64,000 nucleotides of DNA, taken from positions 64,001 through 128,000 of the IMG/VR virus record IMGVR_UViG_3300001598_000033; one strand, 5' to 3'. The translations under genes and the position numbers were made by a program. Source of the DNA: a virus (lineage: Duplodnaviria > Caudoviricetes). Shown here one piece after another: positions 20,744 to 29,965 of the stretch; the first letter of the stretch is position 1; each line of letters begins with the position of its first letter. Below the pieces are notes generated by a model. That model was not told the DNA's origin and did no database searches. It worked only from the letters and a program-made list of their open reading frames with translations.

Positions 20744-21183
20744 TAACAAAAATAAATGAATCGTTTAGTTATTGTGATGGTACTAAAGAAGAATTAAAAA
20801 TTGCACTTGATCACCTTAAGATATATGACCCAAGCACTAAGTATGATAGATTAGTACAGTTAGGTTTAAGAAGTCCATACAAGTGCTTTGGCAGTATGCA
20901 ACAAGGTAAATTATTAATATATAATGGTCATGCTCATTTAGTGGATAATACATACCAACAACCTACCTTTAAAGATGATGTTATTGAATTCAAAAATATA
21001 TTAAAAGATATGAACTTACCGTTTGAGCCATATGATTACCAAATTAGGGCAGTAGGTTATGCTTTGTTATATAAGAGGGCATTACTAAAATCTTGCACTT
21101 CATGTTTGGACCCTAATACAGAAATAGAAGTTGATATCCCTGGATATACAGAACAAGAAATAAGGGAAATGCTAGATGAATAA
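20737..21183 (+). CDS. uvsW: UvsW helicase fragment 1 fused to split intein N-part
   Basis: PYDYQ..AV...L..KR.LL..CTS, then intein block A CLDPNTEIEV. Confidence 0.9.
   Translation: MLITKINESFSYCDGTKEELKIALDHLKIYDPSTKYDRLVQLGLRSPYKCFGSMQQGKLLIYNGHAHLVDNTYQQPTFKDDVIEFKNILKDMNLPFEPYDYQIRAVGYALLYKRALLKSCTSCLDPNTEIEVDIPGYTEQEIREMLDE
21103..21180 (+). other. Split intein N-fragment (26 aa)
   Basis: CLDPNTEIEVDIPGYTEQEIREMLDE directly after the Walker A half-site. Confidence 0.85.
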
Positions 21184-22136
21184 TTGTTTAAAAAATAAAT
21201 CTGAATCTTATAAAATATGCTCCAAATATTTTAATAAGAATCAATTATTGATTTGGATAAATCTTTTTGGAAGTTTAACGCAATTAAAACTATTATTGAA
21301 ATTAAGATTATCACATAATTTACCTATTGATTTTCTACGATTTAAAGAAATAAACCGTAGAAAAAAGAATGATAAAGCTGTAACATTAAAAAAATATATT
21401 TTATATTATGAATATAAAGCACATAAAATTATATAAAGAATATGTTAAATCAAAATGTAAAGGTTGGCATCGACCAGGAATAAATCATGATTCCAAATCT
21501 TTAGAATTTTGTATTAAAAAATTCGGCAATGAGAAAGGAAAAGAAGTGTATAAACAAAGGTGTTTTGATTGTGGTAAATCTACAAGAATACAATATTTTA
21601 TTGATAAAGGTTTAACAGAAGATGAAGCAAAAATTGCTTTAAAAGAAAGACAATCAACCTTTAGTCTTGAAAAATGTATTGAAAAATATGGTGAAGTAGA
21701 AGGTACTAAACGTTGGAAAGAGAGACAAATTAAGTGGCAAAATACTTTAAATTCAAAATCTGAAGAAGAAATTAAAAGAATTAATCTATTAAAATCTTCA
21801 GGTAAAAATAACGTAACAACAACAAATGGATATTGTTTATTATATTATATACATTTTTATAATGTCGAAGATAATTTCAATGTTTGGAAAATAGGAATAA
21901 CTGGGAAAAGTGTTGAAGAAAGATTTAATTTAAAACTATTAAAAATGCATCATAATTTAAATTATGAAATTAAATTTATTCAAAAATATAATTCTGTTGA
22001 TGAAGCATATTCAAAAGAACAATATATTTTAAGTGCTTTTAATGAAAATAGAGTTTATACAAATTATAATGGTTTTTTAACAACAGAAACTTTTAATAAA
22101 GATGTTTTGGAAGGATATTATGAAACTAACATATAG
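21176..22136 (+). mobile_element. Free-standing homing endonuclease gene with C-terminal GIY-YIG-like domain, broken into two frames near 21410-21430
   Basis: CI.K(F/Y)G...G repeats; LYYIHF...WKIGIT..SVEERF...E..IL; ORFs 21176-21436 and 21408-22136 overlap out of frame. Confidence 0.7.
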
Positions 22137-22464
22137 ACAAATTCATAAATTATTGGATAAAGGCATTGAAATGTTTGTTGATAGCCCAACTGGTAAAAAG
22201 AAAATTCTAAATAAATTTTCTAAAATGTCTGAAGGCTATATTATTAAGTATGATGATAATACTGAAACAAATTGTGCAGTTGCACATAATATGATTTTTA
22301 ATGGTATTTTAAAAGGAGCCTCTGAAATTCAAGTTGGTGATATTGATGATTTATCACATAAAAAAGTTATTTCAAAAACAAAAATTCCAGAACAAGAATA
22401 TTTAGATTTTGAAATTTCGGATCCGAATGGACTTTATATTCAAAATGGAATAATACACCATAAT
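22120..22464 (+). other. Split intein C-fragment (115 aa)
   Basis: V.SP.G, block B CAVAH, block F YLDFEI, block G NGIIHHN followed by +1 Ser. Confidence 0.9.
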
Positions 22465-23454
22465 TCTGGTAAAAGTCTAGTTATCTCCATGATTCTCGAG
22501 TATTTCAGAAGGAAAGGATTAAAGGGTGTATTAGTAGTTCCAAATATTAACTTACTAACACAATTCAAATCAGATATTGAGAGTTATGGACTTAACGATT
22601 TATATAATGAAATCCAAGTACATGGTGATGGTAATAAATCTAATTTTGATACAGTGCTAACCATTAGTACTTGGCAATCATTGGTTGATGAAAAGAGAAC
22701 TAATTTTGATTTTATTATATGTGATGAATGCCATCGATTCGCTTCGGATGTTACAAGTGATATTATTCAAAGATCGTATAACACATCAATTAGATTAGGT
22801 TTTACGGGGACATTACCCGAAAATCCTGTAGATAAGATGATGTTATTAGGGCTTTTTGGCGAACCTAAAACAGTTATTACTTCTAAAGAGTTAATTGAAA
22901 GAGGTTTAGGTTGCCCTGTAAGTATAAAGAGTATAATTTTGAATTATAATAATGTAAGCAAGGCAGAATTTAGAGAATGTACCGACTACCAAAAGCAACT
23001 TCAATACATAATTGACCATCAAAGAAGGAATGAAATAATAGTTAGGTTATGTACAGGGTTATCATTAAAGAACCAAAATTCATTAGTGTTATTCCAACGT
23101 ACCAACCACGGTAAACAATTATTTATTGATATTATGAAAACATTGTATCCAGAGGTGAATGTTGAGAATAAGGATATAGTAGGTAAAAAATCGTTGGAGT
23201 TCCAAAAGCAATATAATGTATTCTTTTTGAATGGTGAGCAAGACTCAAAAACCCGCGAAGAAGTACGACATATTATGGAAAACAACTTTATAAGAATAAC
23301 ATTAGAAGACGGAACATTATTAAATATACCTGAAGATGATGATGTTAAATTAACTACTGGCATAAATATTAAAGCAAAAGATTTAAAAGAAACTGATGAA
23401 ATATCGGACGAGTGGCTAAATGAACAAAAAATGTTATTACGTATATCAAATTAA
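22120..23454 (+). CDS. uvsW: Split intein C-part, UvsW helicase fragment 2 and Hint-like C-terminal tail
   Basis: RBS and ATG at 22120; HHN|SGKS; VVP...L..Q, STWQS, DECH, GFTGT, HG..L; tail ITLEDG...KAKDLKETDEI. Confidence 0.9.
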   Translation: MKLTYRQIHKLLDKGIEMFVDSPTGKKKILNKFSKMSEGYIIKYDDNTETNCAVAHNMIFNGILKGASEIQVGDIDDLSHKKVISKTKIPEQEYLDFEISDPNGLYIQNGIIHHNSGKSLVISMILEYFRRKGLKGVLVVPNINLLTQFKSDIESYGLNDLYNEIQVHGDGNKSNFDTVLTISTWQSLVDEKRTNFDFIICDECHRFASDVTSDIIQRSYNTSIRLGFTGTLPENPVDKMMLLGLFGEPKTVITSKELIERGLGCPVSIKSIILNYNNVSKAEFRECTDYQKQLQYIIDHQRRNEIIVRLCTGLSLKNQNSLVLFQRTNHGKQLFIDIMKTLYPEVNVENKDIVGKKSLEFQKQYNVFFLNGEQDSKTREEVRHIMENNFIRITLEDGTLLNIPEDDDVKLTTGINIKAKDLKETDEISDEWLNEQKMLLRISN

Positions 23455-24447
23455 AAATATATTAACTGGTAGAAAATATATAGGAAGTAGGGGTTGCTAC
23501 GGCGACCCCCTAAATATTTAGGGGTTAAATATTTTTCAAGTTCAACTGATAAAGATTTTATAAATGAACAGAAGAAAAATAGAAATAATTTTGAATATAT
23601 TATTATTAAAAAGTTTGATAATAGGGATGATGCTATTTTATACGAAAGTGAGCTTCATTTAAAATATGATGTAATGAGAAACCCAGATTTTTATAATAAA
23701 GCAAATCAAGGTAAAATTAATGGTAAATGGGAATCGCCAAAAAATCAATTTTGTAAATTTCATACATATAAAGAAGTATATGGTGAAGAGAAAGGTGCAG
23801 AGTTAGCAAAAAATCATAGTAATGTACTGAAAGGTAAACGATTTAGTGAAGAGCATAGAAAAAATTTGGCAAATTCTATTCGCAAAAGAGTAAAAGGCAA
23901 GACACTTGAAGAGATATATGGAATTAAAATGGCTCAAGAAATAAAACAAAAATTAAAGGCTCCGAAGTCAGAAGAAACAAAGAGAAAAATATCTGAAGCC
24001 AGAACTGGATACAAATGTACGGAGGAAGCAAAGCAACATATTTCTGATGGGATAAGAAAACTCCATGCAGATCCAGAATATAAAAAGAAATTCACAGAAA
24101 CAATGACAAGAGTAAACCAAAATGTTGATAAAAAAGAAAAAGCGGGAAAAGTTATAAAGGAACTTTGGCAAACAGATGAGTATTTAAATAAAATGAAAAA
24201 TAGAAAACACAGGAGATGTAAGGTAATTGAAGTTACATACCCTAACGGTGATGTTAAAACCTTTAATGGTTTTGATAAAATGTGTGAAGACAATAATTTT
24301 AATAAAACTATTGTTAGAAAGTACCTAAAATCTGGTGATGTTATTCCTAAATATATTGGTGTTAAGAAATCAGTAACATTTTCCACAGATTATATAAATT
24401 TAGAAGGTTATAAATTTGTTTTAAAAGGATATACTAATGAAAATTAA
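23420..24447 (+). mobile_element. GIY-YIG (Seg-like) homing endonuclease with NUMOD3-like repeats; -1 frameshift near 23506-23513
   Basis: ATG at 23420 reads MNKKCYYVYQIKNILTGRKYIGSRG; a second frame continues YLGVKYFSSS...E..LH...FYN; SEEHR and SEETKRKISEA repeats. Confidence 0.85.
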
Positions 24448-24754
24448 AAAAATTGAAAGAATGAGCCCAATCCTTGTAAGTAATACAGCCTTGTTATCAA
24501 CAGGGGTATCCATAAAGGCGCTTAAAAATTTAATTTTAGCTTCACCGATGAAGGCATTCACCACAGTATCTCAAAGCCTTGGAAGATTGATGAGATTACA
24601 TAAAGATAAAAAGGAAGCATTTGTATATGACATAGTTGATAATTTCAGTTTTAGAAAACCTAGTGGGATTTTTTGGAAACAATACCAACACCGAATTGAA
24701 AGTTCGTATAATCCGGAAGATTTTGGAATTACAGAAACAACTATTAATTTATAA
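24437..24754 (+). CDS. uvsW: UvsW helicase fragment 3 (motifs V-VI)
   Basis: STGVSIK.L..LILA, QSLGR.MR, VYDIVD; short MKIKKIER leader. Confidence 0.9.
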   Translation: MKIKKIERMSPILVSNTALLSTGVSIKALKNLILASPMKAFTTVSQSLGRLMRLHKDKKEAFVYDIVDNFSFRKPSGIFWKQYQHRIESSYNPEDFGITETTINL

Positions 24755-24814
24755 TTAATTTATAATATTATATTATATAAAAATACTAAAAAAAATTTCA
24801 ATTTTTTGAAAAAA

Positions 24815-24898
24815 AATTTAAAAAGGGGTTGATTTTTATTTTAAAGTATGCTATAATATATACATAAAGATAAGGAATTAAAGAAAACTTAAGAGGTA
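24815..24898 (+). promoter_or_regulatory. Repeated early promoter unit, copy 2
   Basis: TTGATT(24829)-17-TATAAT(24852), same leader and GAGGTA. Confidence 0.85.
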
Positions 24899-25395
24899 AT
24901 GAATATGATGACAGTAAACAAATCAGAAGTTGAAAATGAAATTAACGCATTGTTTGAAGAACTAGTACCACCAATGGGTAAGGCAGACACAGTGGCTGGC
25001 GAAATTATCAGAGCTACTTGCAAAATTGTATACCGTTGGTACAACGATGGGGATTGCATTGATCGCTCTTACGGCAAGGAAGTTTTAAATGCCCCAGCAA
25101 GATATCTTTGCGCAGTATGCAAGGGTGAAGTTGGTGATTATATTCGAAACACTCTCTGGGTGAGCTTTACTATGAAGAAGAATTAGTAGAATTACAAAGA
25201 TTAGTTTTGGTACATATTGAAAATCACCCAGAATTAATGACAACAGATAACAAATTGGATATGTACGATGACTTCCAATACACATCAGATACTTGGTATT
25301 CAGAAGATGACTATGACGGAGATGATTGGAACGAAGACGATGACTATGAATGGAGTGACCCATTCGCATACAACAACGATGAAGATGATGAATAA
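24899..25395 (+). CDS. Hypothetical early protein with acidic tail, apparently frameshifted at ~25158
   Basis: LVP..GKADTVAGEIIRA..YRWYNDGD; one extra G joins it to LYYEEELVELQRLVLVHIENHPEL. Confidence 0.55.
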
Positions 25396-25421
25396 TATTT
25401 GGTAATAGATATAGTGAGGTA

Positions 25422-25700
25422 ATGAATATGGCAAAAGTATATTATGTAAAATCAACACACCGTGGCCGTGAAACAATTTGGGAAGGTACTCTTGAATACC
25501 TAAAAGAAAGAGTATTCGGTTACACTCTTGAATGTGGACATTCATGGAATCCAAAGATCAACCCCGACCCAAAGACAATTAAATCATTAGTAAATGCTTT
25601 AGAAAAATCTGCAATTGAATGCAACCGCTACTATGATTCCTATTATGTTTCATCAAAGGAAGAATTTGATAATTCAGATAATGCTCAACCAATGGATTAA
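25422..25700 (+). CDS. Hypothetical protein
   Basis: GAGG RBS; conserved-looking FGYTLECGHSWN motif. Confidence 0.65.
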   Translation: MNMAKVYYVKSTHRGRETIWEGTLEYLKERVFGYTLECGHSWNPKINPDPKTIKSLVNALEKSAIECNRYYDSYYVSSKEEFDNSDNAQPMD

Positions 25701-25722
25701 ACTAAAGGATTTAAGGATTTAT

Positions 25723-26775
25723 ATGGATTCGTTAGATATTAGATTTTTTAAAATGGCTGTGGGAGGGGACAGGATAAGACAAGAAACACCCACAGACATT
25801 ACAGCAAGATGCCCAATATGTGGCGATAGTAAATACTCAAAATCAAAAGCCCGTTTACATTTATACGAAAAGAACGGTGTAACATTAGTTAATTGTTTTA
25901 ATGAATGTAGTGTTAATAACATTACCATGGAGAGGTTTTTAAAGGATTTTTACCCGGCTTTATTACCATCGTACAGGGATGAAAAGGGTAGTAATACATT
26001 AGCCAGTCTTAAGAATTTTATGAAAACTGATATTTCTAAAACAATGTCAGCAGGATTGAGCGATTTTAATTTTGATGATTTTTATAATAAAGAAACTGAG
26101 GAAACTAAAGAAGACAAAGAATTAGAATTATTAGGTGTTGGTAAGAACCCACCAATCCTCTTTGATTTGACTAATAATTTTAAAAGGGATGATGCTAAAA
26201 TAACTAAATATTGTAAAGAAAGAGGTATCGTGTACAACCCTGAGTGGAAGTGGTTAGTTGGTAAGGATATTATAATAGATGGTAAAAATTTTAGGATTAA
26301 TGATTATATAATAATACCTTTATATTGTGGTGGTAAAATGTATGGGTTTTACTCAAGGTCTATGAATGAGCACAGGTTTCAAACATATATACCGGATAAG
26401 AACACAGGTTTTAAAGTTTGGAATTTGTACAATATTGATATAGAAAAACCTATATATGTATTTGAAGGTATTTTTGATGCGTTAAGTGCATATCAGTGTG
26501 GTCTAACTAATGTTATTGCTTGTTTAGGCGCAACACCACCTTTAGATCTATTAAAGGGATTGGATTTAGTATTTTGTTTAGACAACGATCGTACCGGGTA
26601 TATGAATAGCATAAAATACCTTAAACAAGGTTATAAAGCTTTAATTTATCCTGATAGTATTAAACTCAAAGATACTAATGAAATGTTAAAATCAGGAATT
26701 GATATTAAAGATTTAATCCTAAATAATATAGGAAGTGGAATTTTAGCGCAAGTTAGAATCCAAAGAAAATTGTAA
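25723..26775 (+). CDS. gp61: DNA primase
   Basis: RCPICGDS Zn ribbon, C..C, FEG.FDA and LDND TOPRIM motifs, KD.NE; RBS supports start at 25723. Confidence 0.92.
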   Translation: MDSLDIRFFKMAVGGDRIRQETPTDITARCPICGDSKYSKSKARLHLYEKNGVTLVNCFNECSVNNITMERFLKDFYPALLPSYRDEKGSNTLASLKNFMKTDISKTMSAGLSDFNFDDFYNKETEETKEDKELELLGVGKNPPILFDLTNNFKRDDAKITKYCKERGIVYNPEWKWLVGKDIIIDGKNFRINDYIIIPLYCGGKMYGFYSRSMNEHRFQTYIPDKNTGFKVWNLYNIDIEKPIYVFEGIFDALSAYQCGLTNVIACLGATPPLDLLKGLDLVFCLDNDRTGYMNSIKYLKQGYKALIYPDSIKLKDTNEMLKSGIDIKDLILNNIGSGILAQVRIQRKL

Positions 26776-26867
26776 AATAAATGGGTTTTATAAAAATTTT
26801 TTTATTATATTTTATATAATATAATATAGTTAAATATTTAATTTGTAATAGTAAAAAGGAAAAGAAA

Positions 26868-27287
26868 ATGAGAATCCTAGAAGTAAATAACCGTGTAATT
26901 AATTTAGAAAAGGTTTCAACTGTAAAATTAGATGAAGTAAAGGATAGAATATATTTTAATATGACTTTCGTAACCCAAAATTCATCTGGTGTTTACATTC
27001 AAGATTATGTATATGTAAAGTACACACCTGAAATTTTAGAATCAATCGTTTCAGAATTAAATAGAAGCGGAACTTTCATTCAGTACGAAGTTAATAAGTG
27101 GATAAATGTTACTTGCATTTCTTCTATGAAATTAGACGAAGAATCTAATAGAATTATTATGAACCTTTCTAACCCTCATACTTACGAATTTCCACACGGT
27201 AAGAAAGTACTAGCAGAATTCATTTACATGGAAAATGCAACTGCTGACACACTTAAAGGTATTATTGAAATTATGGGTAATATTTAA
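26868..27287 (+). CDS. Hypothetical protein with internal duplication
   Basis: NRVINLEKVSTVKLDEVKDRIYFNM resembles NKWINVTCISSMKLDEESNRIIMNL. Confidence 0.65.
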   Translation: MRILEVNNRVINLEKVSTVKLDEVKDRIYFNMTFVTQNSSGVYIQDYVYVKYTPEILESIVSELNRSGTFIQYEVNKWINVTCISSMKLDEESNRIIMNLSNPHTYEFPHGKKVLAEFIYMENATADTLKGIIEIMGNI

Positions 27288-27312
27288 TAGGACGAGAATA
27301 AGGTGGTAAATA

Positions 27313-27609
27313 ATGGAAGAATTAGATCAAGTAAGCACTGAAATTGAAGGATTAACAATTAGTTTTGCAGAACGATATATTAGATTACAATTGCAAAAGA
27401 AATCGTTAGGTGAAGATGTAAAAGAATTAAAGAAGGAATTTGAAGAACAAGGATTACCAACAAAGCAGGTAATTAAAGCAATTGATAGAATACGAAAAGA
27501 ATTAAAGGAAGGATCTGAATCAGAAATTGAAATCAATACATTTAAAGATATGTTATGCGATAAGGCAGTTATTCAAAATGGATTGACTGAATTAGATGCA
27601 AAAGGATAA
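27313..27609 (+). CDS. DsbA/GapR-like dsDNA-binding protein
   Basis: FAERYIRL...KK.L.EDVKELK.E....G......I...RK pattern. Confidence 0.65.
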   Translation: MEELDQVSTEIEGLTISFAERYIRLQLQKKSLGEDVKELKKEFEEQGLPTKQVIKAIDRIRKELKEGSESEIEINTFKDMLCDKAVIQNGLTELDAKG

Positions 27610-27644
27610 TTAATATTATTTTATATATAAAGATATAAGAAAAT

Positions 27645-27671
27645 AAAAGGTCATCTGTGATGACCTTTTTT
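27645..27671. terminator. Bidirectional terminator
   Basis: AAAAGGTCATC-TGT-GATGACCTTTT between convergent genes. Confidence 0.8.
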
Positions 27672-27688
27672 ATTTGTTATTAGTATTG

Positions 27689-27719
27689 TTACATATGGAT
27701 TACATATGGATTACATATG
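27689..27719. repeat. 11-bp tandem repeat TTACATATGGA, about 2.8 copies
   Basis: Copies at 27689, 27700 and 27711, overlapping the ATPase stop codon. Confidence 0.85.
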
Positions 27720-29297
27720 TTTAACCATACCCTTCCAACCAGCTCTAAGTTCACTGTTTTGACAAGATAGAAGTTTAATAGTCATAACACCTGAACGAAC
27801 TGTCAATTCTTTATTTCTACCTGGTTCAGTTAAGAAGTCAATTGCTTCATGTACAAGTGCAGGTTCATAACCTTGTTTAAGTAGGATTTCTGTAATACGT
27901 TTAGCAACATCTGTAGCTGTTAACCATAAGTCAATACGAATTGAGCGTGAAATAATAGCTTGGTCTAACTTCTTAGCTGGTAAGTTGGAAATGAATATTA
28001 AACCACCTGAAAAGAAGAACTTTGATGGCACCCAGTAACCTGCAATATCATCAGCTGTAAAATCTTCAACACCATTTGTAGTATCTATACCATTTTCCAT
28101 AGCATTCATAAATGTAATACGATTCCATTTATCGAAAATCTTACTACCATCCTTTTCCCTGTATGTACCATTCCACATAGCAGGACCTTTTACTGCTTTT
28201 GATACAGGCGCACCTTGTTCGATTAGTTTATCTACACATGCTGAATAACGCTTAATTTCATCATCTGACATCTTGAAACAAGGCATCTTACCTGGAGCAT
28301 ATTCCATTGTATTTTCACCTGTTGTATCTAGCATAGGTTTTAACATCACAATACATTCTGGGTTAGTTAAAATACTATCTGCTTCATCAAATACTGTAAT
28401 ATAATCGCGACAACGGAATAATTCATCATAGAATGTAGCAGGTGTAAATTCCTTACCAGCTGTATATAACCAATCCTTACCTTGAGTACCTAAAGTACGC
28501 TTTAAAGCTTCCTTAACGTGGTAAGTCTTACCTAAACCACCCATACCACAAAGTACGAATGAACGAGAAATTTGTTCAGTAACAGCAATAGTTGCTAATT
28601 CGATTTCATTAAATATTGTGTCTGGATTACAATATTGATGTTCTTCTAAAGCTTTTTCTGTCTTCTTGATTTCTGTTTCTAATTCATTACGTTCTGGCTT
28701 GCCAGGTTCGATTTCAGCAATAAATTCATTCCATTCATCTTTTAAACCATTAGTGTCAATCCATTCATCAAATTTATTCTTCATGTTAGCACGCCAAGCT
28801 TGGCCACCCTTTTGTGCTAAAAATTCCTTACGAACATCAGTGATACTAGCTTCATTTACGTTTTCTTTAACAGAATCCATAAAATCACCAACTGAATATC
28901 TACCTGCTTTACCATTACGGATTAATGCGCCTAATTTCTTCCAAATTTTAACTACATTCACTGCGCGTGAGAAATAACAAGTTGTGGTAGGGCATGCATA
29001 ATCTTCAGCACCTTGTTCCCAAAAGTCAATTGAACTTAATACAACGAAATCTCTAGGAGCGTTTGCAAAGTTAGAAGTACGATTTGAGAAGTTGATGCGT
29101 AGCATTCTACCCATCTTATTAATCATACGAACGCCTTGACCTTTTTCTTTTTGTTTTTGATACCATTCGATATTAAATGGAAGGAACTTACCACCAAATT
29201 CTTTACCAAATAAAGCACCATATGCGTTTGCAACCTTTTCAAGGTCTTTTACACTAAATGAAGCTTCATTCAGCATGCTTTCATAAAACATATTCAT
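27711..29297 (-). CDS. AAA+/P-loop ATPase, late-expressed, capsid-targeting-like N-terminus
   Basis: GMGGLGKT, VFDEAD, FISN, A..SR; late promoter at 29342-29349; MNMFYESMLNE start. Confidence 0.8.
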   Translation of the reverse strand: MNMFYESMLNEASFSVKDLEKVANAYGALFGKEFGGKFLPFNIEWYQKQKEKGQGVRMINKMGRMLRINFSNRTSNFANAPRDFVVLSSIDFWEQGAEDYACPTTTCYFSRAVNVVKIWKKLGALIRNGKAGRYSVGDFMDSVKENVNEASITDVRKEFLAQKGGQAWRANMKNKFDEWIDTNGLKDEWNEFIAEIEPGKPERNELETEIKKTEKALEEHQYCNPDTIFNEIELATIAVTEQISRSFVLCGMGGLGKTYHVKEALKRTLGTQGKDWLYTAGKEFTPATFYDELFRCRDYITVFDEADSILTNPECIVMLKPMLDTTGENTMEYAPGKMPCFKMSDDEIKRYSACVDKLIEQGAPVSKAVKGPAMWNGTYREKDGSKIFDKWNRITFMNAMENGIDTTNGVEDFTADDIAGYWVPSKFFFSGGLIFISNLPAKKLDQAIISRSIRIDLWLTATDVAKRITEILLKQGYEPALVHEAIDFLTEPGRNKELTVRSGVMTIKLLSCQNSELRAGWKGMVKHM

Positions 29298-29362
29298 ATT
29301 ATTATGATTCCTCTAAATTTATTATTTGAATATTTTTTATATATTTATAATAATGCAAAAAA

Positions 29363-29442
29363 ATTTAAAAAAAAGCGTGCCTTTATTTTAAAAACATGAT
29401 ATAATATATACATAAGAAATGAAAAATAAAATTTAAGAGGTA
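29363..29442 (+). promoter_or_regulatory. Diverged copy of early promoter unit
   Basis: GTGCCT-17-TATAAT(29400), ATATACATAAG leader, AAGAGGTA. Confidence 0.65.
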
Positions 29443-29448
29443 TCTAAC

Positions 29449-29703
29449 ATGAGAAACGAAAATATAAATTCAAAAACTGTAGGTTCTTCAGGATTTTCTA
29501 TAAGTTTAGTAGTATTCATTGTGCTAGTAGTACTAAAATTAGTGGGTGTTGTGAATATCAGTTGGATAATGGTTTTCGTAATCCCATTTATATTAGTTCC
29601 TATAGTAATTGCATTATCATTATTCTTATTCATTGTTGCAGTAATGTTAATTGTAGTAGTGTTAGGTAGCTTAATCAAAGTAGATAGAAAAGATAGAAAT
29701 TAA
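29449..29703 (+). CDS. Small membrane protein
   Basis: Two hydrophobic stretches, LKL.GV...SW..V..P motif. Confidence 0.7.
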   Translation: MRNENINSKTVGSSGFSISLVVFIVLVVLKLVGVVNISWIMVFVIPFILVPIVIALSLFLFIVAVMLIVVVLGSLIKVDRKDRN

Positions 29704-29719
29704 AAATTAGCTAGAGGTA

Positions 29720-29950
29720 ATGAATATGAATAAATATGCAGTGATTAGAGTCGGTGGTTCAATAGGCTGTGGTAATTTTGTTACAGTGGGTATATACGGA
29801 GCTAAAGAAGAAGCACAAGAAGAAGCACAAGCAGAAGCTAAATTTAGAAGAAGTCGTTTAAGCCCTTGTGAAAAGAAATACTATGGTATGAAATACAAGG
29901 TTGTTGAATGCACCCCAAGAAACGTGGAAAATTACGAAATAAAGCTATAA
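29720..29950 (+). CDS. Hypothetical protein
   Basis: GAGG RBS. Confidence 0.6.
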   Translation: MNMNKYAVIRVGGSIGCGNFVTVGIYGAKEEAQEEAQAEAKFRRSRLSPCEKKYYGMKYKVVECTPRNVENYEIKL

Positions 29951-29965
29951 GGAATAGGTGATATT

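Noticed and set aside
21184-24436. Group I introns explaining the uvsW breaks
   Set aside because: The endonuclease ORFs overlap the flanking fragments, leaving no space for intron RNA; the fragments have their own RBSs and intein-type termini
23287-24463. A second functional split intein
   Set aside because: No block-A nucleophile, TxxH, block F or terminal HN; reported instead as a non-splicing remnant
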